Of a DNA stretch of 64,000 bases, positions 13,446-26,302 are shown piece by piece (position 1 is the first letter of the stretch; each line of letters opens with the position of its first letter). Below the pieces are notes generated by a model, which saw nothing but the letters and a program-made list of their open reading frames with translations, searched no databases and was not told where the DNA came from. The translations under genes and the position numbers were made by a program. The DNA is from Lingula anatina (lineage: Eukaryota > Animalia > Brachiopoda). The DNA lies in NCBI GenBank assembly GCA_051362555.1, contig CM120644.1, forward strand, positions 4,224,954 through 4,288,953, written 5' to 3'.

Positions 13446-14730
13446 GCGTTTTTCCTTATTACATCGTGAAGAGAACAACCTGACCGCACCCAGAAGTGGT
13501 GTGCACCCGCTTTTATAGTGAGCGTTGACAAAATGTACTCAAATATTCATGACCCTATTACAGCGACATTGCGGTAGCTGTGATAACGTGATATATTTGT
13601 TGATGTCGATAACGGCCGTAATTGAACTATGAGTAAAAGTGAAATGTAAAAAAGGCAAATACACTTCCAAGATTTCTATGGCGAATGTTTGACCATATCA
13701 CAGAAGATCGATGGTTTTGTCAGAGGGTGGGCCGGGACTACCCTGAGTGCCAGAGCAACGTGAAAGTTAGTTTGTTTAATATTTAATATACCTTGGAGTC
13801 ACTTTCACTAGCTCTGACGAACAGCCACAATCTGACACCCTGAGCTTCAAAGATAACTTGACACTAACCTCTTCACTGTAGTCTATCTTCATCGTGTCAA
13901 GTTACCTCTGACGAAAATAGTTTGACCTAGTTTATATAAGCCAATCGAATCCATGTTTCAAAAATTTTCACCAAAGATTGGTGAAAACGCTGATTGGTTG
14001 AAAGTCCAGAATTATGTCAAATGAGAAAATTGTATTTTGTTGCGTCTGCATAACCGTCAATCGGTAATCCTCGGCCGATTCCGCAAGCGTTTTTCCTTAT
14101 TACATCGTGAAGAGAACAACCTGACCGCACCCAGAAGTGGTGTGCACCCGCTTTTATAGTGAGCGTTGACAAAATGTACTCAAATATTCATGACCCTATT
14201 ACAGCGACATTGCGGTAGCTGTGATAACGTGATATATTTGTTGATGTCGATAACGGCCGTAATTGAACTATGAGTAAAAGTGAAATGTAAAAAAGGCAAA
14301 TACACTTCCAAGATTTCTATGGCGAATGTTTGACCATATCACAGAAGATCGATGGTTTTGTCAGAGGGTGGGCCGGGACTACCCTGAGTGCCAGAGCAAC
14401 GTGAAAGTTAGTTTGTTTAATATTTAATATACCTTGGAGTCACTTTCACTAGCTCTGACGAACAGCCACAATCTGACACCCTGAGCTTCAAAGATAACTT
14501 GACACTAACCTCTTCACTGTAGTCTATCTTCATCGTGTCAAGTTACCTCTGACGAAAATAGTTTGACCTAGTTTATATAAGCCAATCGAATCCATGTTTC
14601 AAAAATTTTCACCAAAGATTGGTGAAAACGCTGATTGGTTGAAAGTCCAGAATTATGTCAAATGAGAAAATTGTATTTTGTTGCGTCTGCATAACCGTCA
14701 ATCGGTAATCCTCGGCTGATTCCGCAAGCG
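13446..14730. repeat. 641-bp near-perfect tandem duplication
   Basis: 13446-14089 is repeated at 14087-14730; GCG microhomology at the junction; one mismatch noticed (ggccgatt vs ggctgatt). Confidence 0.92.
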
Positions 14731-15420
14731 ATACTAACAACAAAGTAATTGTCGAGTGCGGAGACATCCGAGTAGTTCCGAGTGCAAAACCGTGCACAAA
14801 GAAAGCATGGCGTCTCCTACGAGTGCCTACGTAAAAGAATGGGTTAAGTTATCTCTTGATTCTTTACAAAATATGAGTATAACGGAATTGAAACCAGAGC
14901 AGTTTGAGGCCCTGCATCATTATCTACTGAGGGATGGTGTATTTTGGGCGTGCTGTCCACAGGTTACGGCAAGTCCCTGATATTCAGCCTTATCTTTGAT
15001 TGGTCCGGATTTGAACAAAGCGCGCTTTGACTCGTTCGCGTTCATTGGCTAAATCGTTCAATGAGTCATTGAGTGCGGGCTTTAATTTTGATTGGCAGGC
15101 GGCGCAGGCAATCGAATATGGTCAGAGGTAACTTGACACGATGAAGATAGACTACAGTGAAGAGGTTAGTGTCAAGTTATCTCTGAAGCTCAGGGTGCAA
15201 TCTGAAGGCGTTCTTCTTTAAAATTTTGCCTGGGGCGCAACCATATTTGGAAGTCATGCGTCACAGCTGTGTCCGCCTGGATACATATTTGGAAGTCATA
15301 AGTCTCGTACGTCACAGGTTTAGCCGCCTGGCCGCTGTGCACTAGAGCCTGGTATTGCGATATGCGTTATATATGAAATCAAGATCGAGCTGGCAATACC
15401 GGAATCTAGAACCTAGGGTA
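13739..15420. mobile_element. Non-autonomous DNA transposon, TACCCT...AGGGTA termini, 8-bp TSD (Academ-like)
   Basis: Flanks gccgggac / ggcgggac; empty site with a single ggcgggac in the paralogous region at ~19612; same ends at 47560-48346. Confidence 0.85.
14477..15197. mobile_element. Nested 721-bp element with ~76-bp TIRs, 8-bp TSD and RecQ-type helicase relic (AcademH-like)
   Basis: caccctgagcttca...acctctgac / gtcagaggt...tgaagctcagggtg; TSD CAATCTGA on both sides; 14807-14985 encodes LKPEQFEAL then, frameshifted, VLSTGYGKSLIF. Confidence 0.85.
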
Positions 15421-16415
15421 GGCGGGACTGGAAAACAATACTGACTTTTAAATAACTCTGAAAGAACAATAGCTTTATTTTCGGGATTTTTCCTTTTGCC
15501 ATTTTGTACTAAATATGGTGAACTGCCACAAAAGGTGTCGTTTGACAAATAATACCTATTTTTGGCAAGTAGACTAAGTAGACTACTAAAATATTTTGAT
15601 GAGTAGATTTAGGTCCCTTAATAGACTGAAATATCACTAGAGTAGATTTTGTTTGGTCTACTTGCCAAATGATTGAGTTCTTTGAGCATATCGTGACCAA
15701 GAGCATTTATTTCTATGGCAAAAGTTTTTTGCGCATCGCACATACGGTTTGTGAACCCAGCTATTATTCTTCTTAAAAATTGTTTGATACAGCTCACTCA
15801 ACCATGTGTAGTCAGTTGAATCCGATTTCGGCAGGCTAAGCTTAGCCAAATAACTTCATTAGACGTTTCGTAGCATGGGGGCCTGGAAATGGTACTATTT
15901 TATTACATTCCGGTACCTTGTTGTAAGAAAAAGGGACTACTTTTTGTAGTCACTCATTTTTGGGTAACATGTTCACCATGGTTCAGCGACTTTTGTTTTT
16001 ACTTTGATAGTCGTGTCACGTGCGCCCTGTCTCAGAGGAAACTGTGCATGCGTTATCTAGTATTGGTAAACGTTAAAAGGAAACGCCGGTATTTTTTAAA
16101 TGGCAAGTCTTATTTTAAATTTGACATCGCAATAAAATTCAGGTCTTTTTCTTGCGGAGATGTTGCTATTGTGTTACATACTGGTACCTTGTTGTAAGAA
16201 AATGGGTGCATTTTTTACTGTCATCCACTTTGGGCTAGAAGTTCAACATGGTTCAGGAGTTCCTTTTACTTTGCTAGTCGGGTCACGTGCACCATGCTGC
16301 AGTTTGCAAATAAGGATGAAAAGAAGTAAAATGTACATGTTATGTACAGCATTCTAAGCGATCATTAAAAGAAAAGCTGGTACATTTTAAATCTCAAGTC
16401 TGATCGGAAATAACG

Positions 16416-18506
16416 ATGTTGAAAATAGCGAAAGTTGTTCAAGCATGTCGTGGACTAGCGAGAATTATTCAATCAAGCCAGGGATTGACAAGTATCACAA
16501 CCACTCGGATATTTATGACCCCTTTCCAATCTAGTTTGGCTGCAAGTAACGAAACATGTATCCTTCCTGTCCGGGGACTGACGAACCGAACTTTGCGTTT
16601 GAAAAAAGTGAGTACTCCACCAAAGCAATTCCTTTTCTTTAAGCTGCATGAGCAACGAGTTGTTGATTAATAATTGTTACAATAAATTAGGCGGACATGT
16701 GCGTGTATGTTGTTGAATCTAGCGAGGCATAAAAAACAACCACGGCAGTGAGTTCTAGCCCTGGCAAAGGAATAAGGTAGAGTGAGGTTGTTGTAAACCA
16801 AATGTGCCGGAACTTTTACCTCAGAACTCTGGGATCCTCTACTTTAGCTGGCAATGATTTTATACCTGAAGTACATGATTGTGATTTTTGCCTTATCAAT
16901 GAGTGGTGTCACCTGACGCATTTGTTTTCCATCAACAAATGTACACACACACACAAATACAAACATACAAACACACACACACACACATACACAATTACAC
17001 GCACATGAGTACACACACAAACATGAGTGCAAGTACATGCACCCACGCACAAACGCCACACATGAACCCAAATACACATGGATTTTTGTACTGACCGTAC
17101 TTACCAAGTACAAGCACGGTTTGTTACGCTCCCTAAGCACAATACTTTCAACTGCCGTAAATGTTTGTGTTAAAGAAGTCTGGGTATACATTTATTTCCA
17201 CCACCTATAACTGGTCCAGGTTTCACTATGAAAACCTTCCAGATGCCGATGGATTACCCACTGGTAACTGGATCAGACCATTGGAAGCGAAAGATGCGCA
17301 CTGTATTTAAGCGCTTAGACGTCAATGGCGACGGATACATTACAGAAGAAGACTCTCTGATGGCTGCTAGACGAGCTGCTCAGTACTTGGGTCTCAATGG
17401 TAACACTGTGTTTTAATTTACATGTATTTCGAGGCATATTTCCTAAGAAGGAGATCAAAAACTAGGTTCAACTAAAGTTCCACCTTGGATTTCATTGCCC
17501 CCTCTTTTTAATGCCTCTCGCTTATATTCTGCTCATTTTGTTCACTTTAGGGGCTGACGACTGAATTGGGGGGGGGGGGGGGGGGTACAACCTGGTATTG
17601 ATGTCAATGGTACGGCGTAGTGTAGCTCTCCGCTCATCGTGCATTGTATTGCAGCAGAAAAGTCAAAGGTGTTCAGCACGATCTACCGTTGGTGGAGCTC
17701 AGCAGTTGTACCTGTGGCTACAATACCAAAGTAATGTTCCCCCACCTCCCGTTAACCCAAAGACGACGCAAATTAACTGCAGTTAATTAAATATTATCGT
17801 TTTCATTTCCATGCTCCAGAAATTAACGTCCTATCTAAGAACATACCGATGTATGTTTGATTTGCATGGGTGGTACCGTGGTATGGCAAAAAAGAAAAAA
17901 TAATAAATAAAAAAAAAAATAATAATAGAAATAAAAAATAAAACAAAAATAAAAAAAAAAAAAATAAAAAAAATGATCAGAAAAGGATCATTGACTTAAT
18001 TTGTGAAGCACATACAGTGTATTAGTATATGTGAAACCGATTTTGGTGACGTTATGGGTGATCTTACATCATTAATCTAACAGACATCTCTTATCATTTT
18101 AGATGAGGAAACAGAACCAGTTTTGGAAGTACGCCGAGAAGTCTGGAAAGCCTGGGCTACTAACAGTAAAACCGGCATGATATCAGAGGAAGAGCACAGA
18201 GAGAAAATCATGTCACAATGTAATCAAAATAAGTTTCGATTGGAACTCTATCCGCAAATTGTACTGACGGGATTCGACAACATGGACAGCGATGGAGATG
18301 GCCGAATATCAAAGAGGGAATTTGCCGCCTTTTACTACGGTATAAACGTCCCAGCCGAATATTCGAAGGATGTCTTTGATGTTCTAGACGAAAACAAGGA
18401 TGGCTTCATTTCATTGGAGGAATATGCCCAAGCGCACGCGGATTTCTTCTTCAGTGAGGATCCCAATAGCAAGTACAATGACCTTTGTGGTCCACTAGTG
18501 CCATAA
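16416..18506 (+). CDS. EF-hand protein A2 with presequence-like exon (250 aa)
   Basis: Exons 16416-16607 (gtgagt donor), 17243-17399, 18103-18506; close duplicate of A1 including introns and flanks. Confidence 0.88.
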
Positions 18507-19158
18507 TTTCGTTACCGTACAGTACATGTACCGGTGCGACCATAAAAAAGACCAAAGCATCGCGCATTGCCACCGTGGGCAAGCGTCTCAATTCCATAAC
18601 TCGCCCATACTCGTCCCATATAATATATGGTAGCCGTTATTTGATATGGCTTTTTGCAATACGCAATGCTTTCGAGATACGGGGCCCAGCTGTCATTAGT
18701 TAGCTATCGGTTTTTAGCCTCTCGTTAGTTATGAGTGCCGTTTCACGAAGCTAGCGCTATTTTGCGTGTTCCTGTCAGATATAGAAAGAAAACATGCGTT
18801 ATATGCTAATATGTTCTGTACGTATGTATAATACAATAGATCATGGAAAATACAAATGTAATTGAGGTATTACTTAAAACACCTATTTAGAAGATGACGT
18901 GAACTTTCAAATCGGCCACCAGAGGCACTACATAACACATGCAGCACGTTGTTTTGTAACCACATTTGCATCTTTGTTGTCATTTGCCAATAGTGCGGTC
19001 ATTTCAGTGTCATCTCATCGCGTGGTACTTGATGCAAAGTTTCTATGAAATTAAATATATAGCTATAATAGTTACACAACATTCGGCAACTTAAAGATTA
19101 CGTACACAGTAACGTGGCGGTCAGGAAAGCAATTGTCTAAAAGGAGAACGTACCTGTC

Positions 19159-19203
<45 letters not shown>

Positions 19204-21103
19204 ATGACTTTATACTAATATCACCTGACATTAATGAACGACGAATAGGTGACGACGGTTTACAAAATCTTTCATATCGAAATAAATAAACAACTAAATA
19301 TGCACATATCCAAAATGTTCTTCGTGTCTTACCTAATTATATTCTGAGGGGAACAACCTGACCGCACCCAGAAGTGGTGTGCACCCGCTTTTATAGTGAG
19401 CGTTGACAAAATGAACTCAAATATTCATGACCCTATTACAGCGACATTGCGGTAGCTGTGATAACGTGATATATATTTGTTGATGTTGATAACGACCGTA
19501 ATTGAACTATGAGTAAAAGTGAAATGTGAAAAAGCAAATACACTTCCAAGATTTCTATGGCGAATGTATGACCATGTATCACAGAGGATTGAGGGTTTTG
19601 TCAGAGGGTGGGGCGGGACTGGACAACAATACTGACTTTTAAATAACTCTGAAAGAACAATAACTTTGTTTTCGGGATTTTTCCTTTGCCATTTGTACTA
19701 AATGTGGTGAACTGCCACAAAATGTGTCGTTTGACAAATACAGTCTATTTTTGGCAAGTAGACTAAGTAGACCACTGAAATATTTTGATGAGTAGATTTA
19801 GGACCCTTAATAGGCTGAAATATCACTAGAGTAGTTTTTTTGGTCTACTTGCCAAATGATTGAGTTCTTTGAGCACATCGTGACCGAGAGCATTTATTTT
19901 TATGGCAGAAGTTTTTTGGGCATCGCACATACGGTTTGTGAACCCAGCTATTATTCTTCTTAAAAAAACATTTGTTTGATACAGCTCACTCAACCATGTG
20001 TAGTCATTTGAATCCGATTTCAGCAGGCTAAGCTTAGCCAAATAACTTCATTAGACGTTACATAGCATGGGAGCCTGGAAATGGTACTATTTTATTACAT
20101 TCCGGTACCTTGTTGTAAGAAAAAAGGACAACTTTTTGTAGTCACTCATTTTTGGGTAACATGTTCACCATGGTTCAGCGACTTTGTTTTTCATGTTAAG
20201 GAGCTAAACGAACTTAGGAGCTAAACGCGTCGAAAAAATGAGACAAAACAGGCGCTTAGAAATGTGTTTAGGAGCTAAACACTGTTTTTCGATGTGTTTG
20301 GGGCGTAACTGCATGCCTGCATGCCTGAGTTATCCAGGAGAGTAAAGACTATAATCCCTGCAGTCATTTTGGTTTGAAAGTTTTTGTTATGGAGTTACGA
20401 GCCTCTAATTACAGATTTTCATTAAACAAAGGCATCATTTTGCTTTATCAGCGATACAGTCTGAACTGAGACTTTAAGAAAAATCGCTGGCAGGGTTTTG
20501 GAGTACCAAATGGTATCATTAAATCGGCTTTGGCACGGTGATCGTGGGTGCTCAGGTAAAAGAGATATCTGAGAAACCTTTTTTTTCAGTTTTTACCCCA
20601 AAATCACGATTATGACGTCAACCGTAATATGACATATGTGTAAAGATTTATTTATTACCCAAAATAATATATGTAAGGCAGTAAATAAGAGTTTTGGGAG
20701 ATGGGTGACAATGTCCTTAATAATCTAACGAATAAACACGGTGACCATATTTTGACGAAGTATTATCTCATTTAATTTCTTTGTTTTGTTGACATTTGTT
20801 GACATTGGAAATTTTAAGGGTTAAATAATTCCTTCTCGATATGATAACAGGAAAAACGAAAAGTTATGTACTATTTTCGTTAACGAAGGGCGATTTAGCA
20901 TATATCGCAAATATGATGTTCATAGTGATAGCCGTTGAATGTATAAAAATAAAAAACAAAGGTTTTCAATGAATTTACGTACAGCAGTTTCGAAAAAAAA
21001 TTCTGAAGACATTTCATTATTTTCAATGAATTTAGATTTTATTTCTTTTTATTTTCTTTTTTCAAAATCTTCTAACGCAAAATTATGCACCTAGAACAGT
21101 TGT

Positions 21104-22295
21104 TTAGGCAACATTGCAATCCTCCCTGGTTCCACATCTCCAGGAATCAGGTGACAGTAGGATCGGTTTATCCTTGGGACACATGCAGCCTTTCCAGCAC
21201 AACGTGACGCACATTGGAGGGTCATATGATGTGCACGTGGTCGGGCAAATCCAGCCACACTTTGATGGGTATTCCGGCATATCCAGATCACCGGGGCATT
21301 CTGAGAAAAACGGAGTAAGATAAATAAACACAGTTACAGTAATACCCGTTAAAAAAGTACCTAAGCCAAATACGAGGACTTCTTTACTTGACGACGAATC
21401 CATACCATTTCAAGTGCATGTAAATGAAGTGAGTTTAGTTCTGAAGCTGTAGCCATGCCTTTTCTGCGTAGGCGCTATATTCCTATAAATTGGACTACAG
21501 ATTTATCTTAGCTCAAACTTTTTTGAATTTTGGTCTAAAAATATAAACCAGTTTTAGAGCAAAATCCTTTTGTGAAGTCATCTGTAGGTTTTTTATAATA
21601 GACTTACAATTACGAAATGCTTTCTCGAGATATAAAGGAAATTCAATAATATAAATGCGGATACTGAATTGTATGCAAATGAAATTTTTGTGCAAACCGA
21701 TATTAAATAGTCGGGAAGATTTATCATGCCCGGTTACATGTATACAGCTGCTGTGATTATAAACAAGTCTGAATGAGAGTAGGTGCGGTCTTGATACTTT
21801 CATCAGCCTGCTTAAGTCACTTATTGAAAAAAAGTGGATGAAACCAGGCCCCGTAACTCGAAAGTATCGCGCATTGCGACCGAGCGCAAGCGTCTCGGTT
21901 CCATGACTCGCCCATAATGCTCCACATAGGGGCTATGGAATCGAGACGGTTGCGCTCGGTCGCAATACGCGATGCTGAAGACTTACGGGGCCCAGGTGTA
22001 ACAGGAATGAAGCACGCTAGGCACCGTGGTACGTTTTTCATTACTTTGCACAGGTGACATTCGTCCCATTTACTAACCCCAATACTCCAACTAACCCTAA
22101 CCTGTACTAATCATATAGGACCCCGGACTGCCATTCCTAGGACTACCATTCCTGTCACACTGGCATATTTGGATATTGAATATCTAAACTTGTTTGCATA
22201 CATGTACCTCCTTTTTCATCTGGTGGAGGGTAATGAAGCCGTCTCGGGTTTGCTGCAATACCCGCAATTAGCAAAATTACCAACAAGGCCCGCAT
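21104..22295 (-). CDS. Secreted TIL (trypsin-inhibitor-like Cys-rich) domain protein, 94 aa
   Basis: Exon 22295-22208 MRALLVILLIAGIAANPRRLHYPPPDEKG (signal peptide, phase-1 gtacat donor) + exon 21300-21104 (ttctcag acceptor) with 10 Cys in TIL spacing ECPG...CGWICPTTC...MCVTLCWKGCMCP...RCGTREDC. Confidence 0.85.
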
Positions 22296-22866
22296 TCTAA
22301 AAAGGTACAATTTTACAGTGAATACAAAATACCACTTCAAGGTTTCATTCCATAAATAAAAAATCTGTATATAGTACAGATTAGTTATTGCCTGGTTATC
22401 GAAGCAGATGGAATCAATACCATCCCCACCAACACGTACTGAGTTCAGCAGAGATGGAGTCGGGCATTTTCTTTTTCTCAATCATGGTGTACCCTTCTTT
22501 CACCTTTCAATACGTTCACCTGTTAGCCTAACACCTGTCATTCTCAGCTACTTGTCAAAATCATGCCTCGCCCTAGATCATTTTCCATTTTTACACTATT
22601 CGATTTCTACACAATAACCTGAAAGCGGACCCGAGAACTTTCGTCCCTACACTTGGGACTCATCAGATTCTCTGAAGTTACGTGACAATGCATATAGTGA
22701 ACAGTTTAGTGAAAACCAGATGTGAGACGGGTTGTGCCCCCCCCCCAATATGGCTGACTCTCTTGAATACTTGTTGCGTAATCCCCGCGGGGAAACTATT
22801 CAGTGTCTGATCGGGAATTAAGGCGAGAGGTTTTTAGTGGTGAGCCACATTTGATGCGCGGATCTG

Positions 22867-23087
22867 TTAGACCCCATTTCCAGAGATTAGATCGATCTAC
22901 TTTAGGTTGACCTAACTCCCTGGGGGTTCACGCTAAATAGCTGTCAGCCGGGCGGACACGAAAGTTAATTACCCCCTTACAGCTTGTATTAGGCGGGACG
23001 GACATTTAAGCCGGATTATCTGACAGTAATCTAGTGAGACTACCCGCGGGGATAGATCGATCTAAAAGCTCTGGGAATAGAGCCTAA
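22867..23087. mobile_element. ~220-260-bp MITE family with agatcgatct subterminal motifs (also 23678-23940, 36651-36899, 55702-55930)
   Basis: Shared internal sequence and imperfect inverted ends; the 36651 copy is absent from paralogous sites (gacatagtcagc at ~42041 and ~55429). Confidence 0.7.
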
Positions 23088-24791
23088 GTCCGCTGTTCTG
23101 AATGCACTAATACACAGAGTCGTACTTCACAAAAGAAATTCAGGGACTTTGTCAGTTTCAAAGAATAGTAAGAGATTTTGGACGAAATGTTACATTTTGG
23201 GCAAAATACTAAAACTGAATAAAATCCAAGAACAATATTAGTTTATACATAAATCTACACTGTATAATGGAACATGACAGAGGCAAACTGTTATTGAAGC
23301 ACCATAGTAAATCTAAATGCTGGTATACCAGCTCGAGCCCATTGTTTAGAATTACTCACGTGGATTGCTTACTTGTTCTTTGGGTTTGTTTCGAAGTTTT
23401 CACGAAGAAATAAACTCGACGCCTCAGCCGCAACAGTTTACAGACGCTACTTCTATTGGTCTTTTATATGTTTGTATCACAATTACTATTTACAGCCAGA
23501 AAATTAAATAAATACGACGTTTAATTTTCGCCGCAAATTACCTCAATCTTAATATATGAAATACATGGTCTACTCAGTGCATTATGCGACTTAAATAACC
23601 TTCAGTGAAACTCATCGGCAGACGTATTATGTATAATGATGTGCGTTTATAAATTGAAAAAAAAGTCAAGTTATGTTTAAGAGACCATTCCCAGAGCCTA
23701 TCGTACTAAATTTGGATCGAACTATTTCCAAGGGGAATCTCACTTAATTGCACTTAACTTAAGGGGCTCAGATGTCTGTCACGCCTACTGAAGCTGATAG
23801 GGGGTAAGTAACTATCGTTTAGCAGCTCTAGTAGGCATCCCAGACATCAAAACCACTTAAGCTGAAAGCAATTTGGCAACCCCCCCCCGTGGAGATGGAC
23901 CGATCCTATTAGATCGATCTAGAGATGGAACCCAGTCTAAGGCACTTCCCCTAGGAATATTTTAATACTTAAAAAAGTGTATGCAAATACCATGAAGTAC
24001 TTTGAAAGACTCAGATATGATTTGACTTGAATAAAAATCACACTCACGAGTGTTTAGTATTCCTAACACTGAAGATCTTCGAGTCGCATCACAGACGATT
24101 TCTTGCTCCTAGCGAATTACACTAATTAGATAAATGCATCTTCGATAAAATCCTTTCCTTATCTTTTTTTCTGTAGTATATCTTGCATATTGAAAAATGT
24201 TATGGCTGGACTGCTTATATTCCCTTTAATTATGATAGCGATATATTGTACTAGTACTTCAAGAAGGCCACTAAATGAAAAGATAATTTTTGTTTTATTT
24301 TTGTCCTTGGTATTCTTTTCAGCTACCCATTAAGTCATATTGCGTAATGTGTATGTCGTTCTACTTACATTTTATATTCATTATGTCACTGACTGATACT
24401 TCTACCCGTATCGTGTAATGTTTGGACTGCATCATTAACTTAGACGATTTTGTAAACGTGGCAGGGTCCTGGAGATATTTGTACCAGATCAAACATCCCT
24501 ACTACAGTATCTGCTTAAGAGAACATAGCTACATGTAGATTATTTGCTGTCAACGGCAACTGCATACGTCCCTACATCGAAAATTTGAATACTTTGTAGG
24601 TAACACGTTCACCGTGGCCCAGCAATATTCCTTTTAATTTCATAGTTGTGTCACATGCGTCCTGTTCATTTACCTGTCACTATTTGCAAAGTAATGAATA
24701 AAAAAGAGGAAAAGTGGCCATGATATATCTATTATCGGTGACAATTTAAAAGACAAGCAGGGACTTTGTAAGTCTTGAGTATCATTTCAAG

Positions 24792-26302
24792 ATGTTGAAC
24801 TTGGCGAAGCGTTTTCAACCTTGCCGTGGGTTTGCAAGACATATGCGACCAAGTGGTAGATCAGCAAGTATCAGTAAGCCTACTCGGATATTTATTAACC
24901 CTTTTCAACCCACTTTTGTCAGAGGTAGAGCACCATGTATCCTTCCTGTCCGGGGGCTGAAGAACCGAACTTTGTGTTTGAAAAAAGTGAGTACTCCCCG
25001 TTCACATTCCCCCTTCATAAGGCTTCAAAGTTATTTTGAAGTAGATAAATGGAGATGCCGTAATAATCGTACACGATTTAAAACCGCATACCACTTCAGT
25101 TTTCATTGGCAGAGGAATAACACCTTGAATGTCATCAGTATTTGGTATGTTTTCAATATTTACATAAATGTATACATTGATTAACGAATCAATGTTTAGT
25201 TGCATAAATAGCAGAGGAGAGAGAAGGAAAATGCGACAAAATAGAAGAAAAGAATGAGACAAAAGACAGATTTAAGGTTGAAAGATATTAAGTAAAGAAG
25301 CAGTAAAAGTACTTTAAGCTTGTGAATGCATTTTCTTTCTCGTATTTCAGTAAAAATGACCGTGGTTTCATGACTTCATCACTTCCAATTTTTGAAAACA
25401 ACCCACTTGCATATTTCAGATGCCGGTAGATTACCCACTGGTGACTGGGTCAGACCACTGGAGACGAAAAACCCGCACTGTATTCCAGCGTTTAGATGCC
25501 AACGACGACGGATACATTACGGAAGAAGACTTGGTAACAGGTGCTCTCCGTGCTGCGCAGTACTTAGGTCTTAGTGGTGAGTACCTATACACATACTGAG
25601 TACTATATACATATGTAGCACGTTTGAATATTCGTTTTTTTTTTTTTTTTTTTTGGGGGGGGGGGGCAGATCTGTTGGGAAGAGTATAAAATATATCGTT
25701 TTAAAGTGATGCGTAGAAGTTAAAGACCACATCAACCGACGTTGGTGATGTGTATGAAGCGAATTACCTGTATACATATATTGAGAGATGTGCACGCATG
25801 TGCAATTGATACTGTTCAAGTAATTGGTATGTGATTATAACTGACCGTTACTTACGTTAATCTTATCTACACATCATACATATTTTCAGACGAGCAAGCC
25901 GAACCTTACATAAAATTACGCCATGAAATCTGGAAAGGTTTGGCGCAAGGTGTTAGAAACGGTAAAGTAACCAAGATATCACAGGAGGAACACAGAGAGA
26001 ACAGCATGGCGTATCTCAACCAAAGGAAATTCAGATTGGAAACCTATCCCCAGATTATACTTGCGGGATTCGACAACATGGATATCGATGGAGACGGTCG
26101 AATATCACAGAGGGAATTCGCCGCCTTTTTCTACAGTTTGAATGCTCCAGTGGAATATTCGAAGGATGTCTTTGATGTTCTAGACGAAAACAAAGATGGC
26201 TTCATTTCATTGGAGGAGTACGCCCAAGCGCACGTGGAGTTTTGGTTCAGTGAAGATCCCAACAGCAAGTACAATGAATTTCTGGGTCCACTTGTACCAT
26301 AA
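24792..26302 (+). CDS. EF-hand protein A3 with presequence-like exon (254 aa)
   Basis: Exons 24792-24986 (65 aa, no Asp/Glu), 25420-25576 (MPVDYP..., DANDDGYITEED), 25890-26302; ends AHVEFWFSEDPNSKYNEFLGPLVP. Confidence 0.88.

Noticed and set aside
10958-17191. Cys/Val-rich and His/Thr-rich ORFs
   Set aside because: Translations of CA/TG microsatellite
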